Below are positions 57,536 through 64,000 of a DNA stretch of 64,000 bases, piece after piece. The position numbers and the translations under genes were made by a program. Below the pieces are notes generated by a model. The model was not told the DNA's origin. It made no database searches and was given only the letters and a program-made list of their open reading frames with translations. Each line of letters opens with the position of its first letter. Position 1 is the first letter of the stretch. The stretch is taken from NCBI GenBank assembly GCA_937138345.1, contig CAKZOW010000075.1, positions 616 through 64,615 on the forward strand, in the 5' to 3' direction. This DNA is from an uncultured archaeon (GTDB lineage Archaea > Nanobdellota > Nanobdellia > Woesearchaeales > UBA583).

Positions 57536-58027
57536 TCAAAAAGAATTATCAAATAACTTCGATTCTATTTTTTTTAAATTATCTAAAAATTCTGTTGGAG
57601 AATGTACATGATTATATAATATTGAAGTATATCCATGAACACTAGAATCTGAAACTTTTGATTCTTCAAAATCAAAGGTATTATTTAAGTAGTGTGCAAA
57701 AGGACTTTGAGAAAAATTTTGAAAATTGGTATTTAATACTACTTTCATTCTTGCATCTGTTTCTTGAGGAAACACAGTAGTAACTAAAACTTCCTCTATT
57801 GGAAATATAATTCCGCCAATTGGACTTTCTTGAACGTATTGTCCATTAATTTTAGAAACCAGATCTGAATTTTCCCACCAGTTTGTTCTAATTGTATGAA
57901 TTCCACTTTGAACTTTATTTCCAAAAACTAAAGGGTTTAACCCTTCTCTTACAGCACATTGATTTAAGTAATTTAAGTTACCTTGAGAAAATCCTTCTGC
58001 TCTTGTAGGAAATTTATCATTAATCAT
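57536..58027 (-). CDS. hypothetical protein
   Basis: 163-aa ORF. No recognisable motifs. Confidence 0.4.
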   Translation of the reverse strand: MINDKFPTRAEGFSQGNLNYLNQCAVREGLNPLVFGNKVQSGIHTIRTNWWENSDLVSKINGQYVQESPIGGIIFPIEEVLVTTVFPQETDARMKVVLNTNFQNFSQSPFAHYLNNTFDFEESKVSDSSVHGYTSILYNHVHSPTEFLDNLKKIESKLFDNSF

Positions 58028-58146
58028 ATGAAAAGAGAGTTCTTTCTATTTATAAAAATATCTTAAAAGTACTTCTCCCAAGTAACAAAAAGTTTAGTTC
58101 TAAATTCAAACCTTACCTTTATATATCTAGAAATACTATAATTTGT

Positions 58147-58758
58147 ATGGCAACATTCAAAGTTGAATTACCAAATTTACCTTACGAACATAATGCACTT
58201 GAACCAGTTATTTCAAGTGAAACACTTCAAGTACACCATGGAAAACACCATCAAACATATGTTGATAAATTCAATGCTGCATTAGAAGCAGAAGGTATTG
58301 AAACAGAAGATGTCCTTAACTTATTTGAAATCGTATCTAAATTATCTCCGGCAATTAGAAACCACGGTGGAGGATACTGGAATCATAAATTCTACTGGGA
58401 ATCACTAAGATCTCCAAATGAAGATAATAAACCAACAGGAAAAATTGCAGAATTAATCAACGAGTCCTTTGGATCATACGAAAATTTCGTAGAGAAATTT
58501 TCAGCCTCTGGTGCAGCCCTTTTTGGCTCCGGATGGACGTGGTTAGGACAAAAAGAAGATGGTTCTCTAATTATCCACAATACTCCAAACCAAGACAATA
58601 CATACATGGACATTGTAGAAGAAAAATACAACCCATTACTCACAATGGATGTTTGGGAACATGCATACTATATTGATTACCAAAACAAAAGACCAGTACA
58701 TATCCAAGAATTTTTCAAAATAATCAACTGGGATAAAGTTAATGATAGATTAAACTGA
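58147..58758 (+). CDS. sodA: Fe/Mn superoxide dismutase
   Basis: LPYEHNALEP, HHGKHHQTYV, DVWEHAYYIDYQN. Confidence 0.95.
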   Translation: MATFKVELPNLPYEHNALEPVISSETLQVHHGKHHQTYVDKFNAALEAEGIETEDVLNLFEIVSKLSPAIRNHGGGYWNHKFYWESLRSPNEDNKPTGKIAELINESFGSYENFVEKFSASGAALFGSGWTWLGQKEDGSLIIHNTPNQDNTYMDIVEEKYNPLLTMDVWEHAYYIDYQNKRPVHIQEFFKIINWDKVNDRLN

Positions 58759-58872
58759 GATACTCTGTTTCTCTTTTAAAATTTTTAATTTTTGTAAAGA
58801 CTTAGTTAAGTCTTGAAAAATAAATTCTATTTTTTCACACATTTTTATAAATAAAAACAAATTATTTTTACT

Positions 58873-59061
58873 ATGGCAAAAAAATTAACAAAAAATATGT
58901 CCGATAAAAAAATTTCAGGAGTATGTTCTGGAATTGCAAAGTACTTTAATGTAGATGCTACATTAGTAAGAATTGTTACAATTCTTGTAATTATCTTCAC
59001 AGCAGTAGTTCCAGGTCTTATTGCATACGCATTAGCTGCTTGGATTATGCCTGAAAAATAA
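58873..59061 (+). CDS. PspC-domain membrane protein
   Basis: [25 protein letters not shown] followed by one TM helix. Confidence 0.75.
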   Translation: MAKKLTKNMSDKKISGVCSGIAKYFNVDATLVRIVTILVIIFTAVVPGLIAYALAAWIMPEK

Positions 59062-59122
59062 ATTTTTTCAGAGAAAGGAGAATTACATCTCCCTCAAATT
59101 TCTTTAATTCTAATAATAAACA

Positions 59123-59484
59123 TTATCTATCTCTATTAGTATAAAAATCTCTAAATTGAGGATTTGTGATAAATAAATAATCCAAAAGCTGTGTTGACAA
59201 TTCTGGATCAACTTCATCTAAAATAAAAGATAATCTCTTATATGTCTCCTCCTTATTATATGGCAATAAAAGAAAAGGTTTCTGATTTCTCATATGCGAT
59301 ATATACCTAGTAAGTAACCCATTACCTAGCCCGTTCTAGCAGAAACTCTTGAAACAATTGGAATTAATGAATTTGTATCTTTTAAATATTGGTTGAAAGT
59401 TAAAGAAAAATGTTCTAAAGCAAGTTGCTTTTTATAAAAACTATCTAAAGAAGTATCCTCAATAATCCTATCATCTAAAGTCAT
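59123..59484 (-). pseudogene. possible disrupted gene: two short ORFs (52 aa at 59326-59484, 56 aa at 59123-59293) in different frames
   Basis: The first ORF starts at a TAATG overlap with the upstream yhbY-like gene and ends at TAG 59326-59328. A second ORF follows 32 nt later in another frame. Neither is in the track. Confidence 0.25.
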
Positions 59485-59732
59485 TATTCTTTATACAATG
59501 TAAAAGTATATCCTCTTGTTTCAACTAATGTTGCTCCTAGTTCTTTAGCAACTTCTTGTGCATAATACTTCAGAGCATCTTTATCTTCCGCCAAAGAACA
59601 TTTAATTTTAGTTAATGAATGAGCTTGTAGGTTTTTGTTAATTGAGTCTAAAAACGTATCTGTAATTCCATTTTTTCCTAAGTTAAACTCTGCTTTTAAA
59701 TCTGCAGCAGCTTTTTTTAATTCTTTATCCAT
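59484..59732 (-). CDS. CRM/YhbY-like RNA-binding protein
   Basis: Start moved to the ATG at 59732 (MDKELKKAAADLKAEFNLGKNGITDTFLDSINKNLQAHSLTKIK). GKxGxT...LxKxK pattern of the YhbY fold. Confidence 0.65.
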   Translation of the reverse strand: MDKELKKAAADLKAEFNLGKNGITDTFLDSINKNLQAHSLTKIKCSLAEDKDALKYYAQEVAKELGATLVETRGYTFTLYKE

Positions 59733-59766
59733 AAAAAAGAAAAGAAAGAGGAATTTATAAATAATA

Positions 59767-60840
59767 TTATTGAGAAATCCTAAAATAATCATCCCTGAAT
59801 TCTCGAGCAATCTCAACAGAATCAATTACTACCATAAATTCATCATTGTAGTTAACTCCAGAACTTGAAGGATTCATAGAACCAGTTACTACATATCTTG
59901 AATCTACAATAAAATATTTATTATGCATTGTCTTTGGATTTGAATCTCTTGTTAAATTAAAAATATCATCTAACTCTTCTGCCCTTGAACCCTTAGATTT
60001 GTACATCCTATTTTCAATTACACCCTGAACTTCAACTCCTAATGAATTTTTTTCTATCAGCAAATCTTCAATTGAATCCAAAGTTAAAACAAAATTTGCA
60101 AATAAAATCTCAGATTCTGCCTTTTGTAAAACATCTAAAATCTCTTGTTCACATAAATCTTGGGGACAAAAAAACACATCAAATGTCTCATTACCATCTA
60201 AAATTCCTTTTATTGATCTTTTTTGAACTTTATTGTAACCAAAATTTCCAGAAATCAATTGGTCAAATTCTTTTTGAAACTCTTGAGATAATTCTCGAGA
60301 TTCCAGCAACAAAAGATTATTATCATTATAATAGAGTCCATTTTCCGTAGGATTTGCTGAAGAGAGTAATAACTCAGTATCATCAACAATACAAAATTTA
60401 TGATGCATATAATTATTATATCTTGTCCCTCTATCTTTATCTGAAAATACTTCAATTCCTGCTGCTTCTAAATCAATAATGCTTTGTTCCTCTAAATATC
60501 TATCATCAATAACTAAAGATAAACTAACGCCACTAGAATATTTTTCAATAAGTAAATCAGAAATATTCTCATTATCTAACTCATAAAGAGCACAAGTAAT
60601 ACTTGATTGAGCTCCTTCCAAAAAATCTAGGAAAACAAGGTCACAAGACTCATTTGGACAAAAATAAGTGTCTTTAAAATCACCATCAATTCTAGATAAC
60701 GAAGAAATAGCAATAGGTTTTGATTGCTCTTCTTCAATAAGCTCCAAAACTTCAGCACCTATCTCTAAAGTAGTCTCTACATCATTCATATCACATGAAG
60801 CAAAAAAAAACATCAAAACTATCAAAAAATATACTTTCAT
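59767..60840 (-). CDS. secreted phospholipase D-family protein with two HKD motifs (putative lipoprotein)
   Basis: Start moved to the ATG at 60840 (MKVYFLIVLMFFFASC|D). HKD motifs HHKFCIVDDTELLLSSANPTENG and MHNKYFIVDSRYVVTGSMNPSSSG. Confidence 0.75.
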   Translation of the reverse strand: MKVYFLIVLMFFFASCDMNDVETTLEIGAEVLELIEEEQSKPIAISSLSRIDGDFKDTYFCPNESCDLVFLDFLEGAQSSITCALYELDNENISDLLIEKYSSGVSLSLVIDDRYLEEQSIIDLEAAGIEVFSDKDRGTRYNNYMHHKFCIVDDTELLLSSANPTENGLYYNDNNLLLLESRELSQEFQKEFDQLISGNFGYNKVQKRSIKGILDGNETFDVFFCPQDLCEQEILDVLQKAESEILFANFVLTLDSIEDLLIEKNSLGVEVQGVIENRMYKSKGSRAEELDDIFNLTRDSNPKTMHNKYFIVDSRYVVTGSMNPSSSGVNYNDEFMVVIDSVEIAREFRDDYFRISQ

Positions 60841-60956
60841 AAAAAATAAAAGGGAACAAACAATATAAATGATTCTTATTACATGGGATAACAACAAGAA
60901 AAAAATTGAAAAATAATGAGCAATAATCTATAAAATTAAAAAACTATAAAAAAATA

Positions 60957-61304
60957 ATGTTAGCATCAAAAAAAATAAAATATTATCTTCTCACAACTCT
61001 GATTCTATTCCTATCTTGTATAATACTCGAAGAAAAAATGGACATCAAAAAAAGTCCAATAGAAAACATTTCTCTAAAAAGTATCAATAAAGTAATGTTG
61101 CTTGAAGGAACTCTTGTAAAACAAAGAATACACAATAATCATTCATTTATGACATTTAAAGAAAACAACTCCTACATAGACATAGTTATGTTTTCATTAA
61201 ATACAACATTAAAGAAAGGAGAATATAAAATAATTGGTAAAATAATACCTTATCAAAATAAGGCGCAACTTTTAGCATATGAGATTAAACTTCTACATCA
61301 ATAG
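60957..61304 (+). CDS. membrane-anchored small protein, OB-fold-like
   Basis: N-terminal TM helix, then MLLEGTLVKQRIHNNHSFMTFKENNSYIDIVMF...GEYKIIGKIIPYQNKAQLLAYEI, reminiscent of tRNA_anti-type OB folds. Confidence 0.35.
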   Translation: MLASKKIKYYLLTTLILFLSCIILEEKMDIKKSPIENISLKSINKVMLLEGTLVKQRIHNNHSFMTFKENNSYIDIVMFSLNTTLKKGEYKIIGKIIPYQNKAQLLAYEIKLLHQ

Positions 61305-62019
61305 TTTGTTCTTTGCTCTCCCCATCAATTTCTGTAATTCTAATAATACTTCCTTTTCTAATTGCTAACTTTCTAGCTTCTTCAAAATTTTTACTATCTT
61401 TTGGAAGTTCAATGTCATCAATATTAATATGGTGAGAAATCTTAATTTCCTTTGTTTTTAATGGACAATCAAATGCAAATTCCCCCATAATTTTTTCTGC
61501 AAAATCTTTTGGGAATTTAGCTTTAACAAAATCAGGTCCAAACTCCTTATTTGGTTTTGGAAATGAAGATTTAGTTACAAATGTCAAATCATCTTCTTTT
61601 ACGGTTAATAAAAGGTGATAAGAACCAAAAGTATTTACAAACTCTTTAAATGGAACTTCATTATCTAAAACATACTTAAAAATACCTCTTGATTTTGTAA
61701 CTTTTGAATATTTAATTCCTAAATCTTCTAATTCTCTACCCAAATCAGAATTCCAAACAAGAGAACCTTTAACATGAACTTGTCTATTTCCAATAACTTG
61801 AGTAGCAAGCATTAATAATTCATCAACAAAGTGAAATGACGCTGAAACTTTAACTCCTGAAGACATTGCTTTAATATTAACAAGAGGTCCAACAAAAGAT
61901 CCTTTAGAATATCTCACAAATTTATTATGAGCATGTTCTGTAATATTACCTTCAAATATATCTTTGATGTAGTGCATAGTGAATTTGAGTCTAAAATCTT
62001 TATATATCTTTGTTTTCAA
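61285..62019 (-). CDS. hypothetical protein
   Basis: 244-aa ORF (possible start at the Met at 61977). No recognisable motifs. Confidence 0.45.
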   Translation of the reverse strand: MKTKIYKDFRLKFTMHYIKDIFEGNITEHAHNKFVRYSKGSFVGPLVNIKAMSSGVKVSASFHFVDELLMLATQVIGNRQVHVKGSLVWNSDLGRELEDLGIKYSKVTKSRGIFKYVLDNEVPFKEFVNTFGSYHLLLTVKEDDLTFVTKSSFPKPNKEFGPDFVKAKFPKDFAEKIMGEFAFDCPLKTKEIKISHHINIDDIELPKDSKNFEEARKLAIRKGSIIRITEIDGESKEQTIDVEV

Positions 62020-62245
62020 AAGAAGGAGAAAATGAAAATGAAAATAGGATTATATTGTTACTCTTTTAAAGTAATAAAAATAATAATCTTTATAAAAAAG
62101 AAACTATTAACTCTACTATGGTAGAATCAGAATTACTTGCATTACTAGCAATTTTCCTCTCTGGATTTTTCTTAGGAATTAAAATAAATACTAAACTCTC
62201 AGCCCTAAGAAAATATGAATTATAAAAATAAATAAAATTCAATAA

Positions 62246-62608
62246 TTAATTTAAAGAATTTTTCCAAGTATTTAAACTTGATTTCAAATTATCAAAATAA
62301 TTTTCAACATTTCTCTCAATATCTGAGACAATTTCGTTTTTATTTTTTGAAAAGTATACAAACATAAATCCTCTATCTAAGTTCATTTGTCTTTTCATTA
62401 AAAGATCTCTTTTAAGTAACTTAGTTAAAATTTTTTGAACAGTAGTTCTATCTTTATCTACTTTTTCTACTAACTCTTTCACACTAAGTCCTCTTTGAGA
62501 TTCCATCAATTGTGAAAAAATATCATACTCAGAATCATTTAAATTATAATTACATTGAACTAAATCTCTTAGCTCAACTTTTTTACAGGTAAAATCTATT
62601 TTCCTCAT
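62246..62608 (-). CDS. winged-helix transcriptional regulator (TrmB/MarR-like)
   Basis: LSVKELVEKVDKDRTTVQKILTKLLKRDLLMKRQ helix-turn-helix plus wing. Confidence 0.55.
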   Translation of the reverse strand: MRKIDFTCKKVELRDLVQCNYNLNDSEYDIFSQLMESQRGLSVKELVEKVDKDRTTVQKILTKLLKRDLLMKRQMNLDRGFMFVYFSKNKNEIVSDIERNVENYFDNLKSSLNTWKNSLN

Positions 62609-62775
62609 AGTGAATATTAATGCACATCTCTTTAAAAAGATTTCTTAAACTCCAAAATAGCAACACTAGAAGCTTTATAAACACTTTATAAAGGAATAGA
62701 AAATAGTCAAATTTCACTAAAATTTTGATAAACAAAATACTTGAAAATAGAAAAACTCTAAAATAATGTAATAAG

Positions 62776-62795
62776 CCCTCCGACCGGGATTTGAA
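62776..62795 (-). repeat. displaced duplicate of the tRNA-Glu 3' end (T-loop position 54 to discriminator)
   Basis: 20-bp exact copy (ccctccgaccgggatttgaa) of 62899-62918. Identity breaks at the same T-loop position as at tRNA-Ser. Confidence 0.9.
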
Positions 62796-62898
62796 ACTTT
62801 GAGAGTGAAACGAACAAAGTGCAAGAACGAGCTTGGCGAGTGTCTGGCATAATGTTGAAAATTACACATAGAAAAATATCGTTGCTAAGCTATAAATA
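62796..62898 (-). repeat. 103-bp insert X-B between tRNA-Glu and its displaced 3' fragment (homologue of X-A)
   Basis: Begins actttgagag... (X-A begins actttttgag...). Shares acaaagtgcaagaac, gtgt.t.gcat..aatgt and atagaRaaaat blocks with 10843-10964. Confidence 0.6.
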
Positions 62899-62973
62899 CC
62901 CTCCGACCGGGATTTGAACCCGGGTCACAGCCGTGAGAGGGCTGCATGATTGGCCGGACTACACTATCGGAGG
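62899..62973 (-). tRNA. tRNA-Glu (anticodon CUC)
   Basis: CCTCCGA-TA-GTGTAGTCCGGCCAATCAT-G-CAGCC-CTCTCAC-GGCTG-TGAC-CCGGG-TTCAAAT-CCCGG-TCGGAGG-G. The D-arm is typical of archaeal tRNA-Glu. First pair reads C1-G72. TATA-like TTTTATTATAG upstream. No encoded CCA. Confidence 0.85.
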
Positions 62974-63170
62974 TAGAAAAAATCTGCCGGCTATAATAAA
63001 ACAAACAAAAATCTCTTTTTAAATGTTTTCTAGTTATCTCACTTCTAAAACATAACTCAAATAGAGCATAAAAGAAAAAAAGCCAAAAATTGACAATAAT
63101 AATTTTTACCATGCCACACCTCACCTAGGTTTATAAACTTAGAAAACCATAAGTATAACGGTGATAACCA

Positions 63171-64000
63171 ATGCTCACAAATCATTATTCAATAGAGGAA
63201 GATACAAGTGTGGCAGCATTCCTAAAAGGGATGAATGAAAAAAAAAACATACATTATATTATTTTAGATACAAACCCGAAATCTGTAATTGATGTGAGAA
63301 CATTTTCTCTCAAAATCCATAACAGAGACGAAAAATTAAAAAACTTAAAAAAAAATCTTGCATGGTGCGAGTCAACAAATGATAAAGAAATTGTAGATTT
63401 TTTAATAAATACTGGTGACTATGTAGTTGAACATCAAAATGGATATTTTGACTTTTTAGATGGACTCAAGTTCATCAAAAATAGCAACTCTGCATTACTT
63501 AAAAGCTCAATGAAACAAATTGCCCCAAAGGAAATTTATGCTCTTAACCAAGATGATTCAATAGCTTCTGCAAAAGCATTATTTTCACAGAAAAAAGTAA
63601 ATATCTTACCAGTAATTAAGAATTTAGAATTAATTGGAGAGGTCAGAACAAATGACTTATTGGCCTCAGATTTATTTGAAAAAAGCGATAATAAGGATTT
63701 TTATAATGAAAACCATGAAAACTCTGTATTTTCACTAAGCATCGAAAATATCTACAATCCAAAACCACTAACTATTGGAAAAGAAGACACAATAGAAAAA
63801 GCAATTGAAATTATGCTTGAGAAAAAGTTGCCTTCTTTAATAGTAACTAGTGACGAGAATCAACTTTACTCAATTATCTCATTTAAAGACATATTCAAAC
63901 TCTACAAAAAAGAACATAAAGAACAAGAATATGAAATAAACTTTGTAGGTGAAGATATTCTCTATGAAGATGAACTCTCAATGGTAAGAGGATTTGCACT
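63171..64000 (+). CDS. CBS-domain protein (partial, runs off the window)
   Basis: Open frame from the ATG at 63171 to the window edge. CBS-pair-like segments (...ALNQDDSIASAKALFSQKKVNILPVIKNLELIGEV..., ...TIGKEDTIEKAIEIMLEKKLPSLIVTSDENQLYSIISFKDI...). Confidence 0.55.
   Translation, partial: MLTNHYSIEEDTSVAAFLKGMNEKKNIHYIILDTNPKSVIDVRTFSLKIHNRDEKLKNLKKNLAWCESTNDKEIVDFLINTGDYVVEHQNGYFDFLDGLKFIKNSNSALLKSSMKQIAPKEIYALNQDDSIASAKALFSQKKVNILPVIKNLELIGEVRTNDLLASDLFEKSDNKDFYNENHENSVFSLSIENIYNPKPLTIGKEDTIEKAIEIMLEKKLPSLIVTSDENQLYSIISFKDIFKLYKKEHKEQEYEINFVGEDILYEDELSMVRGFA

Noticed and set aside
62885-63124. Track ORF of 79 aa on the minus strand
   Set aside because: It overlaps tRNA-Glu and its promoter region, so it is a spurious reading frame.

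Overview
AT-rich archaeal genome fragment. Archaeal markers: a uL1/P0 ribosomal operon, diphthine synthase, NIP7- and Fcf1-type proteins, and tRNAs with no encoded CCA. The DPANN-like, small-genome lineage is my inference from composition and gene content only. About 60 densely packed genes, mostly on the minus strand, including many bacterial-type genes (Lgt, GyrA, Tag, DsbA, PspC, LipB/LplA, PLD, RpiB). Recognisable blocks: (1) a complete 2-oxoacid dehydrogenase complex (E1a, E1b, E2, E3) with both LplA and LipB; (2) a non-oxidative pentose-phosphate cluster (RpiB, transaldolase, Rpe, SIS-like protein); (3) a surface-protein locus dominated by a 3231-aa secreted protein with several internal repeat classes; (4) a radical SAM/SPASM maturase with an HxsD-like partner; (5) two tRNAs (Ser-GGA, Glu-CUC) and a ~146-nt SRP RNA that appears to lack an Alu domain. 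Most unusual observation: five places where a gene terminus is duplicated just beyond a short conserved insert (both ends of tRNA-Ser, the 3' end of tRNA-Glu, and the dphB tail twice). The inserts share polarity and motifs (a CCAAGAATTTG-like box, ending in AGT). At dphB the last 19 codons occur three times in tandem and are recoded almost entirely by synonymous changes, including Ser codon-family switches. I could not match this to a described system. All calls come from reading the sequence and ORF track by eye. ncRNA and repeat boundaries are approximate, and no database searches were run.
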